DNA of 62,379 nucleotides, taken from positions 1-62,379 of the forward strand of contig JAUWMC010000001.1 in the NCBI GenBank assembly GCA_030613375.1, written 5' to 3'. The notes under the pieces were generated by a model. That model saw nothing but the letters and a program-made list of their open reading frames with translations. It was not told where the DNA came from and did not search any database. Shown here one piece after another: positions 18,398 through 27,460 of this stretch (the stretch's first letter is position 1; every line of letters starts with the position of its first letter). The stretch is from Candidatus Micrarchaeota archaeon. Lineage in GTDB: Archaea; Micrarchaeota; Micrarchaeia; Anstonellales; Bilamarchaeaceae. A program made the position numbers and the translations under genes.

Positions 18398-19393
18398 ATG
18401 AATAAGATAATCTTTCTTGGAATGTTTTTGGTTTTATTTTTTGGGTGCTGCCAGGAAACTACCCCGAAAATTCCTGCTTCACCGAGTCCTGAACCTGCAC
18501 CCGAGCCTGAATCTGATTTGATAACCTATCCAAGAGAATCCACAATCCCCAAAGACGCAATTAAAATGACTCCTGAAATAGACAAGCTTCCCCCAATACT
18601 TCACTCAGATGAATATGAAGAGCCAGTTCCTATGCCCTACCCAATAAACACAAAAGGAGCAGAGGATTCCGCATTCATTACTCCTGATGGAAATAATTTT
18701 TATGTCTGGTTCACACCAGATCCAAATATTCCTGTGGTGGAGCAACTAACTGATGGGGTAACCGCGATCTACTGGTCCAAGAAAGTAAATGGGGAATGGC
18801 AGGAGCCGGAAAGATTAATCCTAAATGATGACCTGTCTCTGGATGGATGTCTTTTTGTGCAGGGAAACAAAATGTGGTTCTGCTCAGCACGTGTTGGAAA
18901 CAAGAGGGAACTAGACATCTGGACTGCAGAATTGGTGGATGGAAAATGGTCCAACTGGGAAAACGCAGGAGAGCCAATCAATCTGGAATATGAAGTAGGG
19001 GAAATGCACATCAGCTCTGATGGAATGCAGACGTATTACCACTCAGAACGAGAAGGTGGCAAAGGAGGCTATGATATCTACGTTATCGAAAAAGTTAATG
19101 GAGAATGGCAGCCCCCTGAACCAGTAGAATCAGTAAACACCGAAGAATATGAAGGATGGCCATTTGTAACTGAAGAAATGGACGAGCTTTGGTTCACCCG
19201 CACTTATCTGGGAACTCCTGCAATTTACAAATCCAAAAACCTAAACGGAACCTGGCAGGAACCACAACTAATAGTCTCCCAATTTGCAGGTGAGCCCACT
19301 TTGGACAATGAAGGGAATCTTTATTTTGCACATCATTTCTATGAAAACGGAACAATGCTTGAAGCAGATATCTATGTAGCATACAGAAAGTAA
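18398..19393 (+). CDS. lipobox lipoprotein with TolB/PD40-like beta-propeller repeats
   Basis: 'FLVLFFGCC' is a lipobox. Repeated 'S.DG...Y+......GG.DIYV' / 'FITPDGNNFYVWF' / 'PTLDNEGNLYFA' blades are present. Confidence 0.5.
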   Translation: MNKIIFLGMFLVLFFGCCQETTPKIPASPSPEPAPEPESDLITYPRESTIPKDAIKMTPEIDKLPPILHSDEYEEPVPMPYPINTKGAEDSAFITPDGNNFYVWFTPDPNIPVVEQLTDGVTAIYWSKKVNGEWQEPERLILNDDLSLDGCLFVQGNKMWFCSARVGNKRELDIWTAELVDGKWSNWENAGEPINLEYEVGEMHISSDGMQTYYHSEREGGKGGYDIYVIEKVNGEWQPPEPVESVNTEEYEGWPFVTEEMDELWFTRTYLGTPAIYKSKNLNGTWQEPQLIVSQFAGEPTLDNEGNLYFAHHFYENGTMLEADIYVAYRK

Positions 19394-19427
19394 ATCATCC
19401 ACGAGTCCCATTTCTAGCTCCGCCCTC

Positions 19428-20354
19428 TCACTCCAAACGTTCCAAATATCTGATTACACTGTCAACATACTGGTATCCTCTCTCTCTTACAACCAGTGCA
19501 TAATCCTCTGCAGTTCCCACCCGTCCTTTAATCCCAGGATCAGCGTTTCTCTCTTCAATCAGATACTTCACACCAGGAAGGAACCCTTTTTCTGCACATC
19601 TCATAAGTGCAGTTTTCCCACGGTAGGCAGCATTAACATGACCGAGAGCTTTCAACATGATCATTGCATTATCCCGCAATTCGCCCCTCTCTATTCCCGT
19701 TGCCTTTCTCCATTCTTTCACTGTTTTTGATAATTCAAGGAGCTTCTCTTTATCCGTTTTATTTTTCCACGGGTTTGTATCCTCCTTTTCTTTTTCTGCT
19801 GCATGCCATTCTCTTTCCAGTTCTCTAAGTCTGTTCTCAATGCTCCAATGGTCTGCCCATGCTGCATGCCCAGCTGCAGTCTCCCCACTATTATCCTTGA
19901 TGGTAGGGTCTGCACCCAACTCAAGCAGCCTAAATACTGCCATGGGCCAACCTACCCATGCACATAATATCAGTGCAGTTCTCCCTTTGTGGTCAACAGA
20001 ATTTACATCAGAAAGTTCATCTATCATTTTCAATATCTTTCTCTCAAACCCATGCCTTTCATTTTGCATATAGCAGTTTCTCAACTCATCAATCCGTCTT
20101 TTGAGTTCCAAGAGTATTTCCTTGTCAGTTCTCGTTTCCGCTTTCCTTGTTATCCCTTCAGGTTCAGCCTTTGCAGGCCCAACTACCTTCTCAAGAGGAG
20201 GCTTTCTTATTCCGGTCCCCGGCTTTTGATCGTGACTATGCCCAGCAGCTTTCTGTCTTTCCGCATGCCCATTGCGCAATTCCCTTTCCTTTACCTTAAC
20301 TTTCATCTGCCTTTCCCTTTTCCAAGATACCCTGCCTCTGCTTCCCTTTCCCAT
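19428..20354 (-). CDS. ankyrin-repeat protein (308 aa)
   Basis: 'DHKGRTALILCAWVGWPMAVFRLLELGADPTIKDNSGETAAGHAA' and 'YRGKTALMRCAEKGFLPGVKYLIEERNADP' are ANK repeats. There is a long basic N-terminal extension. A TATA-like 'TATATAG' lies ~25 nt upstream of ATG 20354. Confidence 0.75.
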   Translation of the reverse strand: MGKGSRGRVSWKRERQMKVKVKERELRNGHAERQKAAGHSHDQKPGTGIRKPPLEKVVGPAKAEPEGITRKAETRTDKEILLELKRRIDELRNCYMQNERHGFERKILKMIDELSDVNSVDHKGRTALILCAWVGWPMAVFRLLELGADPTIKDNSGETAAGHAAWADHWSIENRLRELEREWHAAEKEKEDTNPWKNKTDKEKLLELSKTVKEWRKATGIERGELRDNAMIMLKALGHVNAAYRGKTALMRCAEKGFLPGVKYLIEERNADPGIKGRVGTAEDYALVVRERGYQYVDSVIRYLERLE

Positions 20355-20436
20355 AAAAATCACAATTAGAGAGTACCTATATACAGCAATTCTTTAAAAG
20401 GGGTATTTTTTGGTATTTTGGGACAACAAGAATAAT

Positions 20437-21021
20437 CTAAGCCTCAGCTTTCTTCCCAGAAAAGAACTTCCCAACTTTGTAAAACATCCCTTCTTCAACC
20501 CACCTCTGCTCAAGCTTTTGGTAGGTTTCCGGATGTCCTTCATAGAGCCATGGTGCCCAGCGGGCTTCATCAAGCGCGGTTTCCAGCAGCATGTTTCTTG
20601 CCCTTACGCGCGCCCCATTATCAAGAAGTGCATATATCATTTTGGGCCTCATTCCATACCTCACCGCGAGCATAAGGGGAGTCATTAAGTTGCGGTCTCT
20701 TGCATTCGGGTCTGCACCATATTCCAGAAGGAGCCTCACTGTTCGTGTATATCCCTTTACTGCAGACACCATTAATGCAGTGTCCCTCCATTCTTCCCTT
20801 TTTTCATTGGGGTTCACCCCCTCTTTCTCAAGCCAGTGCTTTACTTCCACCACTTCTCCGTTCTCTGCTGCATGGAAGAATTTGGCTAACTTTTGGGGGT
20901 CACGGCACATTCTTTCAGGCTCCATTTTTGCAGATCTGCCGATCCTGCTAACCCTAAGGCTACGCCTGGTTGATACATTTCCAGGAGAAATTGTTTTTTT
21001 CTCTACCTTCCGCAGTGCCAT
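20437..21021 (-). CDS. ankyrin-repeat protein (194 aa)
   Basis: 'WRDTALMVSAVKGYTRTVRLLLEYGADPNARDRNLMTPLMLAVRYG...YALLDNGARVRARNMLLETALDEA' contains ANK repeats. Confidence 0.8.
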   Translation of the reverse strand: MALRKVEKKTISPGNVSTRRSLRVSRIGRSAKMEPERMCRDPQKLAKFFHAAENGEVVEVKHWLEKEGVNPNEKREEWRDTALMVSAVKGYTRTVRLLLEYGADPNARDRNLMTPLMLAVRYGMRPKMIYALLDNGARVRARNMLLETALDEARWAPWLYEGHPETYQKLEQRWVEEGMFYKVGKFFSGKKAEA

Positions 21022-21123
21022 TGCACGGTGTTAAGAATAATAGTTATTTAAAAGGTGCCCCTTTCTGGCATTTTGGGTAACTTATTACACTCGCCTTTTT
21101 AATCCCACATTCGTTACTCATGC

Positions 21124-21966
21124 ATGCCCAAAAAAGCAAAGGTGCGCTTTGGTTCAGCCGGGATTCCTCATCAATGTAATGGCGGAAGCTTAGAAGCAAT
21201 AGAATGTTCTCATGATTTGGGATTGGGTGCAATGGAACTTGAATTTGTAAGAGGTGTAAAACTAAAAGAAGAAAATGCAAAAAAGCTCAAACCTGCTTCC
21301 GAAAAATTCGATGTCCGCCTATCCGCCCACGCACCCTATTGGGTAAACTGCTGTTCTCCAGATAAAACCAAGCAGGAAACAACCAAGCGCAACCTTTTCC
21401 AGGCAGTGCAGGCATGTGCATGGGCAGGCGCAAGGGTTGCAGTATTTCACCCCGGCTATTACCAGGGGAAAACCCCTGGTGAATGCTTCACACTCACAAA
21501 AAAGTTATTCAAACAGCTTAAAACGCACATGGGCAAGCACAACGTAAAAGGAGTAAAACTGGGTGCAGAAACCGTAGGAAAAAAATCCCAGTATGGCTCG
21601 CTGGATGAATGCATCGAACTCCATAACAAAATACCTGAAATAATGCTGGTAATAGATTTCGCTCACCTTTTAGCAAGGGGAGACTGGCCCTGCAAAACTG
21701 AATCCGATTACTCAAAACTTTTCGTACACATAGAAAAGAAAATCCCAGGTTACATGAAGGATTTTCATGCACACTTTTCCTGCATAAATTATTCTGAAAA
21801 AGGAGAGCGAAACCACCTTCCATTAGAAGGAAAAAACCCTCCTCCTTACAAACCCTTAATGAAGGTTTTAGCAGAAAATGGATATGGGGGAGTAATAATT
21901 TCAGAATCTCCGAAACTGGAAATTGATGCACTAAAGATGAAGAAGGAATATGAAAAATATCTCTGA
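21124..21966 (+). CDS. AP endonuclease family 2 / endonuclease IV-like TIM-barrel protein
   Basis: The motif order 'SAHAPYWVN', 'VFHPG', 'LGAETVGKK..YGS', 'VIDFAHL', 'HAHFS', 'NHLPL', 'IISESP' parallels the Nfo metal-ligand blocks. Confidence 0.55.
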   Translation: MPKKAKVRFGSAGIPHQCNGGSLEAIECSHDLGLGAMELEFVRGVKLKEENAKKLKPASEKFDVRLSAHAPYWVNCCSPDKTKQETTKRNLFQAVQACAWAGARVAVFHPGYYQGKTPGECFTLTKKLFKQLKTHMGKHNVKGVKLGAETVGKKSQYGSLDECIELHNKIPEIMLVIDFAHLLARGDWPCKTESDYSKLFVHIEKKIPGYMKDFHAHFSCINYSEKGERNHLPLEGKNPPPYKPLMKVLAENGYGGVIISESPKLEIDALKMKKEYEKYL

Positions 21967-22770
21967 TTATCTTTTCACTTCTACAACTTTGCCAGGGATA
22001 ACCCCTTTTTGCTGCAACCGTTTAAGCACAGCCCTTTTTTTCACATTTCCCCCACGCCCCAGGTTGTGCAATACATTATAGCCCATACTTTTTCTCAGGA
22101 CTATTTCTGCAATTTCCCTGAGCCCTTCCGCTTGTTTTTGCCTGCCCTCTGCCAGGGATGCAACTGCGTCCCGCAACAAGCAGATATCCACACCGTGTTC
22201 TATTGCCTCATCAACAATCCTAAGGCAGCGCATCCTGGTTTCTACATTAATTTCTTCATTTGAAATAACCTTGGCAAGTATCCTCAATTGCGAATCCAAC
22301 ATCACCGGTTTTTCGCACACAACTGCCTCATAGCATGCTCCCATTGCAAATGCAACCAGCTCGGGAGTAATGCAATTCTGCATATTCATCTCAAGTTTCC
22401 GGAATAAGTCCACAGCCTGCCCCGAATCTTTTTTCATTACAGAGAGAATTAGCTGGAGCATCTGAATTTTTAGGCTTAGCAGTTCCCCTTGGCTTAATCT
22501 AATTGAATATGTTTCTGAAGGATGCATGCTACTATCACACATTTTAGCAATTCTGCCAATCTCAGGGGTTTCCATCGGTTTTAACCAGTCTGTAGCCAGA
22601 AATGCCTCAGCTATTCTCCCCAGGGTTATTTGTGGAGGAATCTTTCCAGTTTTTATGTATTCTGTGCACAGATAACTGAAATATCTTATGCGTTCTCCCC
22701 TTTTTTCCGGGATAATCCCGTCAGTCTGCTCTGAAAGGGAAATAACTGGCAGCACTGTTCCTGCATTCAT
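21967..22770 (-). CDS. hypothetical all-helical protein (267 aa)
   Basis: Long ORF with no recognisable motif. The C-terminal tail is basic. Confidence 0.5.
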   Translation of the reverse strand: MNAGTVLPVISLSEQTDGIIPEKRGERIRYFSYLCTEYIKTGKIPPQITLGRIAEAFLATDWLKPMETPEIGRIAKMCDSSMHPSETYSIRLSQGELLSLKIQMLQLILSVMKKDSGQAVDLFRKLEMNMQNCITPELVAFAMGACYEAVVCEKPVMLDSQLRILAKVISNEEINVETRMRCLRIVDEAIEHGVDICLLRDAVASLAEGRQKQAEGLREIAEIVLRKSMGYNVLHNLGRGGNVKKRAVLKRLQQKGVIPGKVVEVKR

Positions 22771-22926
22771 TAAATGTGTTTATTTATGGAAGGATTTATA
22801 ATCAGTCTGGAAATTCAAAAGCCGTAAGCCACCAATATGTTTTTATTCTTTCCAAGCAGTCTCCAGGTTAATTTTAGGGCAGAAACACTTTATAAAAGTT
22901 GTTTTTGGTGTTTTTTTGTATTAAAA

Positions 22927-23562
22927 TTAAGCCCGAACAACTTTCTCAGCACGTACAACAGTAGGTCGCCCGGGCTTCAATTTCTCCTGTGGTCTCATAA
23001 GCCCTTGCAGGTTCCTGAGCTGAGAAATCTCCTCTTTTGCTTCTCTCCTGACAATTGCCTGTCGCATTTTCCCCCATACTTCCTTGAATTCCCCACTTGC
23101 GCCAAACACCCTCCGTATATTCAGGAAAATGGCATCCCTCATCTGCGTTGGCTTTTCATCCTTTTCCACCAGGGATGCAAGAACATCAAAAGGTTCCTCC
23201 CCACAGAATCCATGTCGTATTGCAATCATAGAAGCTGCAATGAAGAATCCAATCACATCCTTGGTAGGCTCTTTCTCAGCTTCAATGCGCATCTTGTAGA
23301 AAAGCTCACCAGTTCCGAGATTGTTCTGGAGGTATTTGTAAATAAGCTCCTGGCAGACTTCCCGCGCATGCCAGTCCCTTTCTTTTACTGCAACCTCAAA
23401 AAGCTCATTCCACACAGGAATTGAAGACAAGCCATAATTATGTGATGTTTTAAAAATAGCACCAATCGCAGCATTCTGAAGCCAGGGATTATCACCAACT
23501 AGAAACTCACGTATTTTTCCAATGTCTACAGGCGGTCGCCCAGCAGTGCCCACACTACTCAT
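22927..23562 (-). CDS. hypothetical helical protein (211 aa)
   Basis: Long ORF with no recognisable motif. The C-terminal tail is basic. Confidence 0.5.
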   Translation of the reverse strand: MSSVGTAGRPPVDIGKIREFLVGDNPWLQNAAIGAIFKTSHNYGLSSIPVWNELFEVAVKERDWHAREVCQELIYKYLQNNLGTGELFYKMRIEAEKEPTKDVIGFFIAASMIAIRHGFCGEEPFDVLASLVEKDEKPTQMRDAIFLNIRRVFGASGEFKEVWGKMRQAIVRREAKEEISQLRNLQGLMRPQEKLKPGRPTVVRAEKVVRA

Positions 23563-23655
23563 CTGGACAAGCTATTCTCAGCAAATGTTTTTTAAGTTAT
23601 CTCAGGTTTTTGGCACCGGGCGCGCATTTTTATTACTTATATGCATTCTACCTGC

Positions 23656-25371
23656 ATGCGTTTCAGGGAGGTTGCAGAGGCATTCAACGAAATCGAAAAG
23701 CGCAGCGGACGCCTTGAAATGACCAACCTTCTTGCAAGAATTTTCGAAAAATCAACCCCTGAAGAAGCGGAAAGAATTGCATATATAATCCAGGGAGAAC
23801 TCCGTCCCCCATACGAAGGCATTGATTTAGGAATGGGAGAAAAATTCGTGCTGGAAGCAATCCGAAAAGCCTCAGGCTACCCAAAAAGCAAGGTTGAGCA
23901 TGAATTCGAAAAAGAAGGGGATTTAGGTTTGGTTGCAGAAAAACTCCTTGGAAAAAAGAAGCAGCAGTCTCTTTTTCAGAAATCACTCAGCATACTTTCA
24001 GTTTACAATTCAATGTTCAAGATTTCCAAAGCAACAGGCACAGGTTCGCAAACCATGAAAATTAACCGTCTTGTGGAAGTATATAATAATGCAACTCCGT
24101 TGGAAGCAAAATACGTAACCAGGTTTGTGCTAGGACAGCTCCGCTTAGGAGTCGGAGACCCAACAATTCTGGATGCCCTAAGTGTTTCACATGAAGGAGA
24201 CAAATCCTGGAGGGAACCCATAGAACGTGCATACAATCTCTCCTCAGACATCGGCTATGTTGCCCGTGTTTTTTTGGAAGACCCATCTAAAATCAAGAAG
24301 TTCAAGATTGAAGTTTTCAAGCCAATCATGCCTGCGATGGCAGAGCGTCTTGCAAATCCAAAGGAAATAATTGCAAAACTTGGAAAATGCGCAGTTGAAT
24401 ACAAATATGATGGATTCCGAATTGCAATCCATAAGAAGGGAAACAGAGTTGAAATCTATTCTAGAAGATTGGAAAAAATGACCCATATGTTTCCGGATGT
24501 AGTAAAAGCAGTTCAAAAACTCAAGCCAAAAGAAGCAATATTCGAAGGGGAAGCACTCGCATATAACGAAGAGGATAAGCGTTTCTATTCATTCCAGGAA
24601 ACAATGCACCGCAGGCGCAAATACGGCCTAGACAAAGCCGCAAGCAAATACCCCTTGTACGTATTCGCATTTGATTTGCACTATTTAGATGGGGAAGACT
24701 GCACCACAAGCCCCTACCTAGAAAGAAGAAAAAAACTGGAATCATTTATCTCCCAGAAGGGAACAATCAAGCCCAGCAAAATGCGCATCGTAAAAACAGA
24801 AAAGGAAATCAATTCTCTTTTCCAGGCAGCGCTCAGCATGAAGCTTGAAGGGATAATAGCAAAGGACCTAAAAGCTCCCTACACCGCAGGAAAAAGGAAA
24901 TTCGCATGGATAAAGCTCAAGAAATCTTATGGAACGGAAATGGACACTATTGATGCAGTAATAGTAGGCTATTATCGCGGAAAAGGCGCACGTGCAAAGT
25001 TTGGATTCGGCGGAATACTCGTAGCAGTATACAATGACGACACCACCAGGTTTGAAACAATCGCAAAAGTAGGAAGTGGTTTCACTGAAGACGAGATGGC
25101 CAAATTCCAGAAAATGCTGGAAGAAGATAAGGTCAAACGCCCACCAGTTACTTTAGATTATGAAATGGAACCTGATTTCTGGGTCCACCCCAGGCACGTT
25201 GTGGAAGTTGCATACGATAACATAACCCGTTCTCCAATCCACACTTGTGGAAGGGAAAAAGGCAAAGGTTTAGCCTTAAGATTCCCGAGAATGATTAGAT
25301 TGAGGGATGACAAGGGTCCGTTCAACGCAACCACAACTAAAGAAGTAGAAGAAATGCACAAATTTTCTTAA
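23656..25371 (+). CDS. lig: ATP-dependent DNA ligase
   Basis: It has the adenylation motif 'VEYKYDGFRIAIH', 'FEGEALAY', 'YVFAFDL', 'EGIIAK' and 'WIKLKK'. The start is taken at MRFREVAEAF, ~25 nt from a TATA-like TTTTTATTA. Confidence 0.9.
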   Translation: MRFREVAEAFNEIEKRSGRLEMTNLLARIFEKSTPEEAERIAYIIQGELRPPYEGIDLGMGEKFVLEAIRKASGYPKSKVEHEFEKEGDLGLVAEKLLGKKKQQSLFQKSLSILSVYNSMFKISKATGTGSQTMKINRLVEVYNNATPLEAKYVTRFVLGQLRLGVGDPTILDALSVSHEGDKSWREPIERAYNLSSDIGYVARVFLEDPSKIKKFKIEVFKPIMPAMAERLANPKEIIAKLGKCAVEYKYDGFRIAIHKKGNRVEIYSRRLEKMTHMFPDVVKAVQKLKPKEAIFEGEALAYNEEDKRFYSFQETMHRRRKYGLDKAASKYPLYVFAFDLHYLDGEDCTTSPYLERRKKLESFISQKGTIKPSKMRIVKTEKEINSLFQAALSMKLEGIIAKDLKAPYTAGKRKFAWIKLKKSYGTEMDTIDAVIVGYYRGKGARAKFGFGGILVAVYNDDTTRFETIAKVGSGFTEDEMAKFQKMLEEDKVKRPPVTLDYEMEPDFWVHPRHVVEVAYDNITRSPIHTCGREKGKGLALRFPRMIRLRDDKGPFNATTTKEVEEMHKFS

Positions 25372-25412
25372 TGAAAATGAGGAGGGGATGCGCCGAAACG
25401 CAGAGCCCTACT

Positions 25413-25487
25413 TGTCGCCTGCCTCACCTCCCACTTCGACCAGAAGTGGGTCGTCGCTTTGGACCTCCAAAGCGTCTGTCGCTTGCC
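25413..25487. repeat. 11-nt direct repeats (TGTCGCCTGCC / TGTCGCTTGCC) flanking two perfect 8-bp hairpins
   Basis: Hairpin 1 is CCCACTTC(25430-37)/GAAGTGGG(25443-50). Hairpin 2 is CGCTTTGG(25455-62)/CCAAAGCG(25467-74). The direct repeats are at 25413-23 and 25477-87. This is a G+C-rich island between the convergent lig and vapC stops. Confidence 0.5.
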
Positions 25488-25508
25488 AACCGATTTAATG
25501 AGCTTGAA

Positions 25509-25889
25509 TTATACGAAGTTCAGCCCCTTGATTCCTTCATATGGCTGCCGTTTTCCCGTTAGTAGCAGTGCTTTATTGGACATGCATACAGATGCAATTA
25601 CCAGCTCCCTCATCCCGAGCTTCAGGTGCTCTTCGATTGCGTGTTCGTATATTTTAGAAGCCCTCACCGCAGCTTTGCGGTCAAAGTTCATCATCTCCAT
25701 TTTTTCCACCACACCAAGGACATCCCAACGGGGAGAGCCATGTATTACCGTCAACAGCTCAAAGTAGGAAAGGGAAGTAATGCAAAGAATGTCTGCTTGC
25801 GAATACTGCCGGATTTTCTGGACCGTTTTCATCTCTCCCTTGAAAAAATCAAGGATAACGTCGGTATCCAGGCAAATCCTAATCGCCAC
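25509..25889 (-). CDS. vapC: PIN-domain toxin VapC
   Basis: 'ICLDTDVILDF' gives the first acidic PIN residue and 'SYFEL' follows; the size (126 aa) fits. It overlaps the upstream antitoxin ORF by 11 nt. Confidence 0.75.
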   Translation of the reverse strand: MAIRICLDTDVILDFFKGEMKTVQKIRQYSQADILCITSLSYFELLTVIHGSPRWDVLGVVEKMEMMNFDRKAAVRASKIYEHAIEEHLKLGMRELVIASVCMSNKALLLTGKRQPYEGIKGLNFV

Positions 25890-26094
25890 TTCCCCACCTT
25901 TTCAGGCGATACAATGCACGCCTGTCGATATCTGTTTCTTTGAGCTTTCCTGCATGGTCAAGCAATCCTTCCCGCGTGAGTTTGCTCTCGTTAAGAAGCA
26001 TGTCTATAGCCACTGAAAAGCTCATCGCATGCCTCTTTTTCAAAGTGCTCAGACGGTTATAGACATCATCACGGATTGTTATTACCCTAACCAT
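25879..26094 (-). CDS. vapB: VapB-type antitoxin
   Basis: A 71-aa ORF immediately upstream of, and overlapping, vapC. 'ITIRDDVYNRLSTLKK...SFS..I..LL' is typical of small archaeal VapB-like antitoxins. Confidence 0.65.
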   Translation of the reverse strand: MVRVITIRDDVYNRLSTLKKRHAMSFSVAIDMLLNESKLTREGLLDHAGKLKETDIDRRALYRLKRWGSGD

Positions 26095-26256
26095 GTAAAT
26101 ACATGCAGTGCATACATTTATATTCTTTCCGACGTGCTTCTAAAAATTTGTTTATTTCGCTCTAAATTTGTGTAACTCCTCCACCGACGGGAATCTCAAA
26201 CTATTTAAACAATCGTCCCCCGGTTCTACTTCACCAATCGATAGAGGATAGATAAA

Positions 26257-27336
26257 ATGGATGAACTAGTAAAATCAGTAGTTGGAGAAAAGGCGCCAGA
26301 AACATCGGTAGACGATGATATGGATAGCTCGGAGACAATCAAGATTGTCACCGTTGGTGTAGGTGGTGCAGGAAACAACACCATCAACAGGCTTGTAAAA
26401 TCTGGAGTAAAAGGCAGCCAGCTTGTCGCAATTAACACGGATAAGCAGCACCTTAAGCAGGTACACGAGAAAGCATCAAAAGTGCTCATTGGAAGAAGCA
26501 TTACCAAGGGTCTTGGTGCAGGTGGTTACCCAGACCTCGGTGCAAAATCCGCCGAAGTTGACCGCCCGCTCATTGAAAGAGAACTTGAAGGCGCACACCT
26601 TGTATTCATCTGCGCTGGTATGGGAGGAGGAACAGGAGGCGGAGCAGCCCCTATCGTTGCACAGATTGCAAAGGAACAGGGCGCAATTACCGTAGCCATG
26701 GTTACTTACCCGTTCGCTTTGGAAAGAGCAAGGAGGAAGAAGGCAGATGAGTCTATCGCAAAACTAAGGCAGAACTGTGATTCTGTAATTATCGTAGACA
26801 ACAACCGCCTTGTGCAGTTGGTACCAAATCTTCCAATGTCCGAAGCATTTGCAGTTGCAGACGAAGTTCTTGCAAGGGCAATCAGTGGACTTGTTTGGAC
26901 AATTACTCAGCCATCACTCATCAACATTGACTTTGCAGATGTTCGTGCAATCATGCAGGGCGGAGGCGTAGGATTCATCGCAGTTGGTGAAGGAAAGGGA
27001 ACTGATAAGGTTACCAGCTCTGCAGAAGCAGTGGTGAAGAACAGGCTCCTGGATGTAGACTTTGAAGGTGCAAAGGGTGCAATCATCCACATTTCCGGTG
27101 GAAGCGACCTTTCTCTTGGAGATGCAATCAAAGCCGGTGAAATCATCACCGAAAGGATGGATGCAGAAGCCAACGTAAAGTGGGGAGCCCGCATTATGCA
27201 GAACTATGAGGGCAAGCTCGAAATCGTTGCAATTGTAACTGGGGTGAAGGGCGCATCAATCCTTGGAAGGGATTATGCAAGCGAGGAAGAATCTTCAATG
27301 CCTTCATTCTCAAGCGACCTTGAAATGCTTGGATGA
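26257..27336 (+). CDS. ftsZ: cell division GTPase FtsZ (paralogue A)
   Basis: It has 'VGVGGAGNN', 'NTD', the tubulin signature '[12 protein letters not shown]' and the T7 loop '[13 protein letters not shown]'. The C-terminal tail is '[14 protein letters not shown]'. Confidence 0.92.
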   Translation: MDELVKSVVGEKAPETSVDDDMDSSETIKIVTVGVGGAGNNTINRLVKSGVKGSQLVAINTDKQHLKQVHEKASKVLIGRSITKGLGAGGYPDLGAKSAEVDRPLIERELEGAHLVFICAGMGGGTGGGAAPIVAQIAKEQGAITVAMVTYPFALERARRKKADESIAKLRQNCDSVIIVDNNRLVQLVPNLPMSEAFAVADEVLARAISGLVWTITQPSLINIDFADVRAIMQGGGVGFIAVGEGKGTDKVTSSAEAVVKNRLLDVDFEGAKGAIIHISGGSDLSLGDAIKAGEIITERMDAEANVKWGARIMQNYEGKLEIVAIVTGVKGASILGRDYASEEESSMPSFSSDLEMLG

Positions 27337-27351
27337 ACGCTCCAATAAAGT

Positions 27352-27398
27352 CCCGTTTTCTTCGGAAAACGGGCAAACTCCTTTCTTTTCTATTTCCT
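27352..27398 (+). terminator. UUCG-capped 9-bp hairpin plus T-rich tract after ftsZ-A (repeat copy A)
   Basis: The stem is CCCGTTTTC(27352-60), the loop TTCG, then GAAAACGGG(27365-73), followed by CTCCTTTCTTTTCTATTTCC. Confidence 0.5.
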
Positions 27399-27460
27399 AC
27401 TTTTTAACCACAAATAACAACATTTATAAACACTCCAGCATATAATATATATGTGGTAAA

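Noticed and set aside
25371-25562. 63-aa + strand ORF downstream of the ligase
   Set aside because: The translation is Arg/Pro/Cys-rich and implausible. The ORF is generated by the G+C-rich hairpin element and runs into the vapC 3' end, so I treat the region as non-coding structure instead.
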